From Camelus ferus (taxonomy: Eukaryota), in contig NC_045697.1 in NCBI RefSeq assembly GCF_009834535.1, positions 6,698,001 through 6,762,000 of the forward strand: 64,000 nucleotides of DNA, given 5' to 3'. The position numbers and the translations under genes are program-made. The number at the start of each line of letters is the position of its first letter. Position 1 is the stretch's first letter. The notes below the pieces were generated by a model, which saw only the letters and a program-made list of their open reading frames with translations, was not told the origin of the DNA and did no database searches. Of this stretch, positions 24,925 through 37,750 are shown piece by piece.

Positions 24925-27175
24925 ATGTTAAACTGATTTGCAACAAAGGCACCAAGGCCAATTCAAGAGCAAAATAAAATCTTGAACAAATAGTGCTAAA
25001 AAAACTAGCTATCAGTATATGAAAATAAATGAATCTCAACCCATATCTTATTTAATATGGCATTTAAGTTTAAGGAAAATCAGAACACAAACTGTAACTA
25101 AAATTATAAAATTTGGGAGACAGGCAAAATTTTCTTAGGACATAAAAGGCAGTAACCATAAAAAATCCTGTATTGGATTTAGAAAATAAGTCTGGTTAAA
25201 ACAAAATATTTTAGTTAAAAGATAACATTAAGAAAACTCAAAATAAAAGTCACAAATTGGTTGATGGCAGTGTTTATAATACGTACATCTGGGAAAAAAA
25301 CTTGTGTCTAGAAAAAATAAAGAATTCATGCAACTCAATATTAAAGATACAAGCAACATAGAGCCATTCAAAAGAGATACAGGTGACATATAAATTCATG
25401 AAAATGTGCTCACCATCATTTGTCATGAAGGGATTCAAGTTAAAACCTGAGTGAGATACTATTTCACATTCACTAAAAAGGCTAAAATTTTAAAATGGGC
25501 AATGCCCAGTATTAGTGAGGCTGTGAGGTAATCTGAATGCTTTCACATTGTTGGTGGGCATGGAAAATATAACCATTTTTGAAAAAAAAATAGCATGGGA
25601 AATTTTTTACAATGTCAAATACACATGTATCCTGTGATCCAGTAAGTCTACTTCTAGATATTTACCCAAGAGTAATGGCTATATGTGTCCATAAAAAGTC
25701 CTGTATACAAATACATGTTCATAGCAACTTTATTCTTAGTAGCCCCAAACTGGAAACACTCAAATGTCCATGTCTAGGTGAATAAATTAAGAGGAAAAAA
25801 GATAGTGTATTCTTACATTGAAATACTACTCAACCTTGATCTCCAGAATATATAAGCAGCTCATATGACTTAGTAAGAAACAACCAAACAACCCAATCCA
25901 AAAATGGGCCAAAGACCTAAATAAGCAATTCTCCAAGGAAGACATACAAATGATCAATAGGCACATGAAAAAATGCTCAATATCACTAATTATCAGAGAA
26001 ATGCAAATCAAAACTACAATGAGGTATCACTTCACACCACTCAGAATGGCCATCATTCAAAAATCCACAAATGACAAATGCTGGAGAGGCTGTGGAGAAA
26101 AGGGAACCCTCCTACACTGCTGGTGGGAATGAAGTTTGGTATAGCCACTGTGGAAAACAGTATGGAGATTCCTCAAAAGACTAGGAACAGACTTACCACA
26201 TGACCCAGGAATCCCACTCCTGGGCGTATATCCAGAAGGAATCTTACTTCAAAAAGACACCTGCATACCAATGTTCATAGCAGCACTATTTACAATAGCC
26301 AAGACATGGAAACAGCCTAAATGCCCATCAACAGATGATTGGATAAAGAAGATGTGTTATATTTATACAATGGACTACTATTCAGCCATAAAAAATAACA
26401 ACATAATGCCATTTGCAGTAACATGGATGTTCCTGGAGAATGTCATTCAAAGTGAAGTAAGCCAGAAAGAGAAAGAAAAATACCATATGAGATCACTCAT
26501 ATGTGGAGTCTAAAAAAAAACCAAAAAACAAAAAACAAAAAACCATAAATACAAAACAGAAACAGACTCATAGACATAGAATACAAACTTGTGGTTGCCA
26601 AGTGGAGAGGGTGGTGGGAAGGGACAGACTGAGATTTCAAAATGTAGAACAGATAAACAAGATTATACTGTATTGCACAGGGAAATATATACAAGATCTT
26701 ATGGTAGCTCACAGAGAAAAAAAATGTGACAATGAATATATATATGTCCGTGTATAACTGAAAAATTGTTTTCTACACTGGAATTTGACACAACATTGTA
26801 AAATGATTATAAATCAATAAAAAATGTTAAAAAAAAAAAGAAATACTCCTCAACCATTGAAAAGGAATAGTTGTTCTATATAATAACATGGGAGGATATT
26901 AAACAAAAAAATTATATTGAGCAAGAGAAACTAGATCCCAAAAGAATAATCAATGTATTTGTCTATTCATATGAAATGGTAGAAATCAGAACAGAGTCTG
27001 CAAGAAACAGCATGAGGTATATATCTAGGTGATAGAAACAATCCACTATGTGATGGGAGGTAAGGATAGTTTGGATACATATATTTGCCAAAATTTATTG
27101 AACTCTACAATTATGATGGGTGGACTTCACTGTATATGAATTGTAACTCAACTGAAATTACTAAAGAAATAAAAA
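24925..27175 (+). mobile_element. Old L1M ORF2 end and 3'UTR, interrupted by a young L1
   Basis: gatttgcaacaaaggcaccaaggc...tctcaaccca...atgttcatagcaactttattc...aaactggaaac; the element resumes after 26855. Confidence 0.8.
25836..26839 (+). mobile_element. Young 5'-truncated L1 (ORF2 C-terminus, 3'UTR, polyA) with 16-bp TSD
   Basis: ORF2p peptides [10 protein letters not shown]...[17 protein letters not shown] and MFIAALFTIAKTWKQPKCP; aataaa and polyA. TSD gaaatactactcaacc (25820-25835) and gaaatactcctcaacc (26840-26855). Confidence 0.96.
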
Positions 27176-29005
27176 TTTGTGGGAGTAGCATGAGCTTTCA
27201 CTAAGGTCACTTCAACAGGAAAGCACAGTACGCGGCAGATCCTAAGGTGGGGAATCAGATTTGGTATTTAAAAAAAAACGCGTCCACTTACAACACCATG
27301 GTCCTTTTTTATAACATGGAACTATTGACTCCTTCTCATCAGGGTACTATTAGCATTAAATGATACAACACTGGTGAAAAATTTTCCTGTGTTTCCACTG
27401 CTATTTGAATTATTTAATTTATTTTAGCTCTATTGTCTTTCACTTCTGCCCTGAATCTCAAGTTCACAATCTTAGGTGAACGAATTTAGGTTATTTAGAA
27501 AACACATTGGATGTTTCATTCCTTTACCTGACTGCCTTAAAGTCACAGCTCTCTGTTACTTGTCTCCCAGGCCCCTCCTGCATTTTCTAATTCTCTGCAG
27601 TCAGGCACTTGCCAAATGAAGGGAACTCTCAGCCTGCCCTACTCTAACTCTCTTGGGAGTTGTAAGAAGAGAGTAAAGGGCAGAAGAGAGCACAGAGCAG
27701 CACTAAATGCCAGGGAGGTTGGCTGCCTCTCTCCCAGATCGCGTCTGGGCCAGGGAACTCTGTCCCTCACCACTGCTGACTAGCCCAGAACAGAGCCAGC
27801 TGTCCCCAGCTGGGTTGTTCTGTCTCCCAGGAATGTCACATGAGAACAGAGAGACGTCAGAGCTGAGCCACATTAATGATGTCAACCTGCCAGGAGAGAG
27901 GACCACCCAGCCCTGCACTGAGGTCCAGAGAACCCTTTCCAAGTCTGGGACTTAAACTCATCCTCTGATTCCTTCCAGCATCTTTCCCGCGACATGTGAG
28001 TCCTGTGCCTTGAGACCTAAAGAACCAGAACTATGACAATTAAAAGTCTCCTCCTCATTTTAAAAAATCTTTGTTCCTTCCATGTCTTCCAGATTCAAAA
28101 TCTTGTTGCGTCCCTCTTCTCCCTCCCCATTTGTAATACCCAGAAAAGGAGGCAGAAAACATGTCCTGGATCCTCCCGCCGTGATGCAGCCTCTCAACCT
28201 TGTAATCCTCTGGAGGCTCCCCCTTCCCATCATATTATACAATGCACCCTCCCCATCTTCCTGAGGCTATTGAATTGAGATGAAAACATGGGGGACTCTG
28301 GGGCCAAAACCCTATAAATATTTGAAGAATAGCTCTCTTTTCATGTCCTGTTTGAAGAAAATTTTGCTTTTTATGTTTTTCCCTTCCTTCTAATTAGTTT
28401 CTTTTTCATGGAAAATAAAAAGCCAAGCCAAGCCATTCCGTTAATACATACTAAGTGTGTCCCTGATGTGTGAAGAATTATTTTCAACAACATCTGTAGT
28501 TTTCTGTTCTTCTGGGTAGTGTGGTGGAAAAAATACAAATAAGGGAAATTCAAGGTAATGTCTTTTGAAGTTTAAAAAAACTTTTTGGATATATAAATTT
28601 AGATTCAGTAAATACTTATTAAGCACTCCTGTGGGCAGGCTATTGTGTTGTGCCAAATCTGGCTTAATAACAATAATAAAAGCAACAACAACTGCTACCA
28701 TTTAAATGGGCTAGGCTGTACACCGATTTTATTAATTTACTTAGTCCTTACAGCAAGTCTAAAAGTATATATTATCATAACAGCCATTTTTTAAAGAAGA
28801 GGACTAGACTTAGATAAAAGAAGTAAAGTAATTTAAGTTCTTATAGTATATGGTAGAAAAAGGGTTTGGGGTCTAGTTTTTTTTCCAACTTTATTGAGAT
28901 ATAATTGACATATAGCATTGTGTAGGTTTCAGGTGTATGACATGCTGATTTGATACACTTATATATCATAATCTGATTACCATGGTAGAGTTAGCTAACA
29001 TATTT

Positions 29006-29008
<3 letters not shown>

Positions 29009-29067
<59 letters not shown>
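29009..29067. repeat. Perfect (AT)n microsatellite, about 29 units
   Basis: Direct reading. Confidence 0.98.
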
Positions 29068-29071
<4 letters not shown>

Positions 29072-30339
29072 TCATTTCTTTTTTTTGTGGTGAGAACATT
29101 TAAAATTTACTCTCCTAGCGACTTTCAAGTATATAATACAGTATTGTTAACTATATTCATAATGCTGTGCATTAAATCCTCTGTTGAGTCACCTTCTAAT
29201 TGGGACTTTTCACCCTTTCACCAATATCTCCACATTTCCTTCACTCACCACTCTGCTCTCCATTTCTATGAGTTCAATTTTTCTCAATTTCATATATAAC
29301 TGATATCATATAATATTTGCCTTTCTCTGATTTGTTTCACTTAGCATAATGCTCTCAAGGTCCATCCATGTTTTGCAAAAGGATTTTCTTCTTTCTCACA
29401 GCTGATAATACTCTATTGTGTGTGTATACAAATATATCTCATATCTTCTTTATCCATTCATCTACTGATGGGCACTTGCGTTGTCTCCATATCTTGGTTA
29501 TTGTGAATAATGTTGCAATAAATATAGGAATGCAGATATTTCCTCAATATGTTGTTTTCATTTCCTTTGGATATATATATACCCAAAAGTGGAATTGCTG
29601 GATCATATGGAAGTTCTATTTTTTAATTTTTTGAGGAAGTTCCTACTGTTTTCCATAGTGGCTGCACTAATTTACATTCCCACCAGCAGTGTATAAGAGT
29701 TACCTTTTTCTCTCCATCATTGCCAATGCTTTTTATCTTTTGTCTTTTAGAGGATAGCCATTCTAACAGATGTGATATAATGAAAGAATCTGAGGAGGAA
29801 ATCTGGGCCAATGGAAAGATATTTTACATTTATGCATTGGAAGAATTAATATTACTAAAATATCTGTATTACTCAAAGCCATTTATAGTTTCAATAAAAT
29901 TCCTATCATGATCCTAATGGCATTTTTCAAAGAAATAGAAAAAAAACCAATCCAAAAGTGTATGGCATTGCAGAAGACTCTGAATAGGCAAAGCAATCCT
30001 GAGGGAAAAAAGAACAAAGCTGGAAGCATCACACTTCCTGATCTCAAACTACACTATAATAAAGCTATAGTAGTTAAACAGTATGGTACTGATATAAAAA
30101 TAGACACAAAGACCAATGGAACATAATTGAAAGCCCAGAAATAAACACATATATGCACAGTCAACTAACATTTGAGAAGGGAAACAAGAATATGCAATAG
30201 GGAAAGAATAGTCTCTTCCATAAATGGTGTTGGGGAAACTGGACAACCACATACAAGAAAGTGTAGCTGGACATCTATTTTACACTACTTACAATAATTA
30301 CCTTGAAGTAGATTAAAGACTTAAGCATAAGACCTAAAA

Positions 30340-30409
30340 CCAACAAAACAAACCAAACCAAACCAAACCAAATCAAACCAAAACAAAACAAAACAAAACA
30401 AAACAAAAC
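30340..30409. repeat. (AAAAC/AAACC)n pentanucleotide repeat inside the L1
   Basis: Direct reading. Confidence 0.9.
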
Positions 30410-30799
30410 TCCTATAAGAAAATATAAGTTAAAAGCTTCTGGATATTGGAAACAATTTATTAGATATGACATCAAAAGCACAAGCAAAAAAAGCAAAAAA
30501 AAATCAATAAATGGGATTACATCAGACTAAAAAGTTTCTGCACAGCAAAAGAAACAATCAGCCAAATGAAAAGGTAATCTACAGAATGGGAGAAAATATT
30601 TGCAAGCCATGTATCAGATAAGGGATTAATATTCAAAATATGTAAAGAACTCATGCAACTCAATAACGAAAAACAAACAACCTGATTAAAAAGTAGGCAG
30701 AGGAACTGAATAGACATTTTCCAAAGAGTCTAGCTTTCATTGATTCTAATTTTATGTTTCTAACTCCTGTGGCACAGACTCTCAGTGCCCCTACTACAT

Positions 30800-31160
30800 C
30801 CCCTCACCCTAATAGATTTTTAATTGCCAGTCCCTGATTTCTTTTCTCAAAGGCCTGAGTTCACTCTGTCCATGGTGTGGCTGCATAGAAATACTAGAAA
30901 ATTCATGCCTGCTTTCCCAGTAGTCCTCAAAGACAACTGGAGTTTACGTAGAAGTATCCTAGCTCACCAACCTCTCAAGTGGGCTAACTCTGAAAAGCAT
31001 GGTCTTCAACATTCTAGAATTCTCCTGTAGTCCAAAGTGATAATAAACCCTTATTCCTTGCTTTCTTTTCCATGTTTACTCCCTAACCCTCTACTGTGTT
31101 TTTCACTTGCACCTGCTTACTTGTCACCGAGTCTGCTTCTGGGTGAATCCAAACTAAGAC
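30800..31160 (+). mobile_element. Ancient ERVL-type LTR (LTR16-like)
   Basis: Ends gtctgcttctgggtgaatccaaactaagaca; internal ctctcaagtgggctaactctga. Confidence 0.6.
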
Positions 31161-32123
31161 AATTACTGAGCTGAATCCTGATGGAAGATCAGCATCCCCT
31201 TCCAGAAAGATAATCTGGAGCCAACAGAGAAGAGTGGGTGTCTCTGTTTTGTAGAGTTCCAATGAGATCACAGTCCAGGAGACATCTTCAGTTCTTACAC
31301 GGCACCACGGATGACTTATTCACAGGGAAACACAAGCTGGTATGAACTGAGAGCTAAAATCCAAACATTGAAGACATAATGGCAGAAAACAAGAGAGGCA
31401 AAAAAGGGGTCTTGAGGCTTGAGGTGTATTGTGAAAACAAGAAAGAAGTCATTACAGAACAGGGAGACCTTCTGAGCACAAGCACAAAACAGAAGAGACA
31501 AGCATTATGGACAAAGACACCCATTCACTGATGAATACACTTACTGGAATACATTCATTCACTAACACTGACAGGCATCAGGTTTGTAGAATAGACCTCG
31601 CATGTGTTTGCCACACAGCTCTGAAAATGTCACATAAACCATGAGTCACAAGCCATCAGTATGGGCCACAGAATTTGAATTGTGATTCCTGATAAATTAT
31701 CTGATTGTAGTAACCCTAGTAGGTAACAATTTATTATTTCATACTTTAATGAGAAAAAGCAAAGCTCCTAGAAACAGAGCCAGAGATCACACAGCTGGTC
31801 TGTAAAGCACACTGGATATGACATGGGACCACAGTGAAGAAAATCAGTATTTGGGGCTACATGCCAAGTACTGGGGGTGAGCTCGCTGCAGTGTGAGCAG
31901 TATGCCATCCAATTCTCCTGGATAAGTAGGATATATAATACTAGGGTACTGACCCTTCTCCATTTTGCAGATGAAAAAACCTGAGGCCCAGGATGGTTAA
32001 GTTATTTACAGAGCTGATGAGCGATGCACATCTCAGAGTGAGAGAAAGAAAGAGAACCTGGAGTCAATTAAACTTCCTTGGCCTTTTCATTTTATAAATC
32101 TTATGATTTTGTATGTAACTTCT

Positions 32124-32690
32124 TTATATATATTTGTTATTGAAATATAGTCAGTTTACAATGTTGTGTCAATTTCTAATGTATAGAATAATTCTTCGGT
32201 CATACATAAACATATATATATATATATTTGTTTTCATATTCTTTTTCACCATAAATTACTATAAGGCATTAAATACCGTTCCCTGTGCTATACAGTATGA
32301 ACTTGTTGTTTATCTATTTTATATATATTAGTATCTACAAATCTTGAACTCCTAATTCATTCCTTCCTACCCCCATCCCTCACTGATAACCATAAATTTG
32401 TTTTCTATGTCTGTGAGTCTATTTCTGTTTTATAAATAAGTTTGTTTGTCTTTTTTTTTTATATTCCACATATAAGTGATACCATGTGGTATTTTTCTTT
32501 CTCTTTCTAGCTTACTTCATTTAGAATGACTATCTCCAGGTCCATCCATGTTGCTGCAAATGGCATTATTTATTATTTTTATGGCTGAGTAGTATTCCAT
32601 TATATAAATATAACACAGTTTCTTTATCCAGCCGTCTGTCGATGGACATTTAGGTTGTTTCCATGTCTTGGCTATTGCAAATAGTGCTTC
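32124..32690 (-). mobile_element. Young 5'-truncated L1 with 12-bp TSD
   Basis: Minus-strand peptide ALFAIAKTWKQPKCPSTDGWIKK. TSD tatgtaacttct at 32112-32123 and 32691-32702. Confidence 0.95.
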
Positions 32691-33084
32691 TATGTAACTT
32701 CTAAAGCAAAACAATTTCATCTCTTCTCCTGGGGGAGAAATTCCTATCTCCTTAGTTAAGTTTTTTCTCCAGACTCATCCCATCCCAGGAGCCTATGTCA
32801 AAACTTGGCTGTGCCGATTCTGCTGGAGCAGGTCCTTTGAGGCAGGGCCTCTCACCATTTAGAAGTAGGGGTCCATTGTCACTTACACTGACTTCCCTAT
32901 TATCTCCCTGAGCACTTAGTTTTGCAATCATAGGACTCAAGGTTCTGTCAAATACATTTGGGCAGGGAACCAGTAAGAGACTCTGACCCCTCGTTGTTTA
33001 TGAGAGGCTGTAAACTCTCCCAGCATTCAATAAAAATGCAACATCTACAATGTACCTGCCATTACCAATCAATGAGGAGCTACT

Positions 33085-33530
33085 AGTGGAGCTACTGAAT
33101 AATAGCTTCTCCAAGATGTCCACGTCCTAATCTCCAGAACCTGTGAGTACATTACCTTACAAAGTGAAAGGGACTTTGCAGATGTGAATGAATTGAGGAT
33201 CTTGAGATGGCGAGATTACCTTGGATTACCCAGTTTGATTCAATATAATCATAAGGGTTTTTATAAGAGGGATTCAGGTCAAAGTCATGGGAAAAGAGAT
33301 ATGATATAGACACGGAAGTGAATGATGGGCTCTGAAAAGGAAGGGGACATGATCCCTGGAATGAAAGTGGCTTCTAGAAGCTGGAAAAGTCAAGGAAATA
33401 TATTTCTGTTAGAGCCTCCACAAAGAGGGGATTCCTGCTGCCTCATTTTGTACTTGATGATAGGTGTGTGTTGGTTTAGTCCACCTGGTTTGTGACACTC
33501 TGCTAAAACAGCAATGGAAAACTAATGTGC
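33085..33530 (+). mobile_element. MaLR solo LTR (MLT1C/D-like)
   Basis: aagatgtccacgtcctaatctccagaacctgtga...gggactttgcagatgtga...tctagaagctggaaaag...cagcaatggaaaactaat. Confidence 0.85.
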
Positions 33531-33614
33531 TGCTAATAACGTCCTCTGCACATAGTCTCAAGTAAACTATATACGTGTTAGTACCGGGACCAGAGATTGT
33601 TAAGTGCCAAGAAT

Positions 33615-33830
33615 CAGGGATTCACAGTGAGATGTCCTGAATCTGAATCTTAGCAGGGCCATTTACTAGCTTTACGATCTTGGGCATATTGATTACACTC
33701 TGTTCATCCTAAATTACTAATTTGTAACTCAGGGAGAACACGAGCTTTCTCCAAGTGTTATTATGATTGAATAATATAATACATTAAAGGGTCTTAGAGA
33801 ATGGCATTTGCATTATGCATTAGCTTTATT
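33615..33830 (+). mobile_element. MIR
   Basis: cctgaatctgaatctt...ccatttactagct...atcttgggca...tgtaa. Confidence 0.6.
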
Positions 33831-36455
33831 CTCATTTTATTTATTTATTTTTCTTTTTGCCATTCAGTGAGAAGTGTGTTTTCCTGTTTTATCCTATCTA
33901 GGCACTAGAATTTTTGCTAATATTCTCAATAGCATGAGCCCTTTCTTGGTTATGCTTGACCAAGTTCTTGGTTTAGGATTTCACAAAGATAAGGGCATTT
34001 GTTGAGAAAAATCATACCTATAGAATAAACTATTTATAAATTTCTATTGATTATGATCTGGTGAACATATACAACCACCACCATCTCCTTTCTAGGGTTC
34101 CAATGCTCTGCTTCTGCAGAATCTCCAACCTCACTAGTCCATCTTGGGAGTGCTGGCTACTTTACTTCTGGTATATTAATTGATGAGGGGGATGTGGAAT
34201 TCTCTGCTGCACTCAAAGTTCAGCCCTTGTGGCTTTTGTGCAGCAGCATTTCTACGTGGTTTGTGAAGATCCACTGGCAGAAGTTTCCCTATCTCCCTGC
34301 ACTGTCCTCTTCCTGGGATTATCCCCATGGTCTCTGCTTCCTTCTTTTGTGGGAGAAACTTTATTTGCATCCCCAGTTACAGGAGAGAAAAATGGCACAT
34401 TTTAGGATAAGCCTAATCTTCAAGACTCTGTTCAGTTCTCAAAAGCACTTTTCCTGCTACTGCTTCCTGTCTCTGCCTGCAGGGGTGCCCTGGTCATACT
34501 CCCCTCTAACTCATTGAAAGTGGTTTCCGCCTGAGGTTCTCCTGGTAAGCTCATTCAGGCTCCCTAGATGTGGATCTCAAAACAAGTCACTTTCTCTTAA
34601 CTGAAAGAAGATTCAGCCTCTGATATTTAGCTCTGATTCATCTGATAAACGTGCATTGACACTTCCCAAATGCAGAGCAGTCTTGAGCTAAATACTGAGG
34701 GTAGGCTCAGGGGCATTAGACCTGAGTGCCTCCTTCCAGGAAGTCCCACCCCTCTCATTTGCAGGGCCCAGAGCAGGAGAATACATGTAAGCCCACACAC
34801 CATATGTCCAAATATTTAAAAGTTACAAATAAAAAACTATTAAAATATGTTCTATTCCATACTTATTTTTGCATATCTCCAGTAGCATGAATTAGAACAA
34901 GATGGACTCTTGTAATTATTGCAAAACTTTTCCCTCTATGCAATAATTTAATGCATTCACGCCATCTAAAAGGAAAGATCTGATAAATTAATTAATCTGT
35001 CTTTTCTTAGTACTTCCTCTGCTCAAATCCTCCCTGGATTCTGAAGCAGCATCCATGTTCAAAGTCAGCAATTAGTATAACCCACAAACTTTTAAGTCAT
35101 TTGGATGCAGTCATCTCTTCTTCAAGTATACAGGGCAAGAGATATGGGAAGCCTTTCTCTGGGACCTGACTAGTGTGGATCATGAGAGAAGATGTGTGTG
35201 GTTAAGGGTTGTACTGCACCAGCATGAAGCACCTGATTGCAAGTAAAAGAGGCATCTTTCTTTCCTTTGCTAAATGTGTGTGCATGTGTTTGTGTGTGTG
35301 TGTGTGTATCTGTGTGTGTACTTCAAGGGAACTTCTAAAGTATAGAGACCTGGGCAAAGCCCCCTCACCAACACACACACTAAACTTTGAGGAAAAAACC
35401 TATCCAAGAACTTATATTCTCATTGAACAAATAAGAATTGGGAATATAGCATCATTATGAAACATCACAAGGCATCACGTGACTTAGTTCACAATTAGCA
35501 GCAAGAACTTTGTTAATAAGGTGGAGTTGCAGGCATGGGTCTCAGGAAAGACCAAATTTTGTATATGCAAGATAAATTTGATTAAACTGGAGAAACAGCT
35601 TAAAAATTACGGTGCATAAAATTCCAATAAAAACACCATGCCATATTTTACATTTTTGTTATCACAGGGAATGAGAATCCATATCAGAATTGTGACATTA
35701 CTCACCATTATAGGGTTTATTAATACACAATTGGGAGGCTCAGAGAGTGCTGCCAACTGGAGATGGAGCAGAGGAACCTGGTATGAAAACAGCGTGACAC
35801 AGTTGCCCAGGAAGTGGAGCGATGATGGTGGATCAAGCCCGAAGAGTCTGAGTAAATCTAACACAATATTGGATTAGTGTTGAGAAATGAAGAGAGAGCA
35901 AACTGAAAAAACAAGCCTCAGGCAAGCGTCCAACACTCAATGCTGAGATCATAGGAGCCTGAGACAGGGCAGAAATCTTCAGAAATCGTCCACAAAGAAA
36001 AGGAAAATATATGAAGTGGTGTAAAATGATAGCATTATGAAAGCAGTTAAGCATATCCAGCTCCATCCATAAAAGAATATCACTCTTAACCTCAGAGCAG
36101 TTACAAAAGATGAGTTTAAAGATGGAAGTAACAAAAGTTTATCATAGCTTCTAGGATCTTCTTCCTGAGTTCTAAACACTAAGAGTGAGCAAAGAAGAAG
36201 TAAGACATACGGAGATCTAATGATCTATTTTAACACTGATAACGCTGAAATGGAGGAAAAGGACTTGTATCTGCTGGCAGGTGGACTCCCTGATCTTCTT
36301 ACACGGGTTCATCCACCCCGGCATCAGCAGCACCAAATGCACCAGCCAGGCCCGTGTGGGGGCCACCCACGTAAGGATTGTGACCTAGAGAGGCAGAGCC
36401 AGTCACATGGTCCCAATGGGCTCTTTACCACCAAGCAAAAGGGACCAGGTTACAC

Positions 36456-36907
36456 GTACTAGTTCTCCTGTGGCTGCTGTGACCAGCTGGGAGGGTGGGT
36501 GCTTGAAACAACAGAAACCTCTTCTCCCACAGACCTGGAGGCCAGAAGTCCAAAATCAAGGTGTCAACAGGGTTACACTCCCTCTGCAGGCTCTAGGGGA
36601 GAATCCTTCCTTGCCTCTTCCAGCTCCTGATGGCTCTGGCCATTCCTTGGCTTGTGGCCACATTCGTTCTCATCTCCATCTTCACACGGGATGCCACATC
36701 ACTTTATTTTCTGTCTCTCTGTCAAATCTTCTGCTGCTTTTCTTTTAAAAGACACCTATCATTGGATTTAGGACCTACCCTAAATCCAGGATGACTCATC
36801 TCAAGATTGACAGAAGCCTCTTTGCCATATTAGATCTCATTCATAGGTTTCTGGTATTAGGACTTGGGCATATCTTTTTTGGGGGGCCACTATTCAACCC
36901 ACTACAC
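36456..36907 (-). mobile_element. MaLR solo LTR (MLT1C/D-like)
   Basis: ttctcctgtggctgctgtgac...ggaggccagaagtccaaaatcaaggtgtc...ctaggggagaatccttccttgcctcttccagct...ccactattcaacccactaca. Confidence 0.9.
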
Positions 36908-37069
36908 TGCACATACTCATTTCTTCTTTTGAACTCCCACCAACAAGGTCCACCCTGTTCCCCTGAAGAATAACAGAGGAAGGGGAGAATGTGAAGGATG
37001 TCATGGATTAACCAAAGATGTCCACCAACAAGAAAGTCAACATCAGACATGGGCTATTTCCTCCTAACA

Positions 37070-37300
37070 ATAATGAACTGATTAAAACAGCTTAATGCAC
37101 CAGGTACTATCACAAGCCAATTGAAGATATTAACTCATTTAATCTTCCAAACAACTCTACTTTTACTATCCCCATTTCAGAGATGAGGAAATTGAAGCTC
37201 AGGATATTAAACAACTTTCAAGAGGTCATGCGCAAAGCAAATGGTTCAGCTGGGATTAAATGCAGGTGGGATGTTTGCTGAGGTTACTCTGAGTTCCTGC
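37070..37300 (-). mobile_element. MIR
   Basis: taactcatttaatcttc...ccccatttcagagatgaggaaattgaagctcag. Confidence 0.8.
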
Positions 37301-37419
37301 ACCATCCAGCCTCTGATCTCCCATATCATCTGGTGCACTTGCCATCTGTGCAACAGTGAGACCCAGCATTATAATCCAGACTGCTCTGGAAGAACTAAGG
37401 TCTTTGAAGCACTGAACTA

Positions 37420-37750
37420 AATGTGCAATAGAGAGATGGTTGAGTAAATTGTTGTCTTTTCATCTGATAGGATATTCTGCAGCAACTTGAAAATGATGTT
37501 TTTGAAGATATTTAATGATAACCTAAAATACTTATGAAAAAATGTTAAAAGGTAATAGAATTTATGTAATTCAAAAATATCAGATTGCATATCTACAAAT
37601 AATGTATTCATAGAAAAATAAGACAGAAAAATAATATTTAATACTAAAATGTTAATATTGGTTGTCTCGGGGTTGGAAATTTTGTTTCTTCTGTCATTTC
37701 TTTTGTGTTTTTCAGATCATATATAGTAAACATATATTGCTTTTATGGTA
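37420..37750 (+). mobile_element. Old L1ME-like 3' fragment
   Basis: ggttgagtaaattgt...gatattctgcagca...aaaatgttaatattggttgtctc.ggg. Confidence 0.6.

Larger units (their letters stand above)
28881..30727 (-). mobile_element. L1 with 5' inversion: 28881-29780 antisense, about 29781-30727 sense
   Basis: The antisense 3' end ([16 protein letters not shown] on the minus strand) switches to sense ORF2 text (NKAGSITLPDLKLHY). TSD gtctagtttt / gtctagcttt. Confidence 0.9.
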
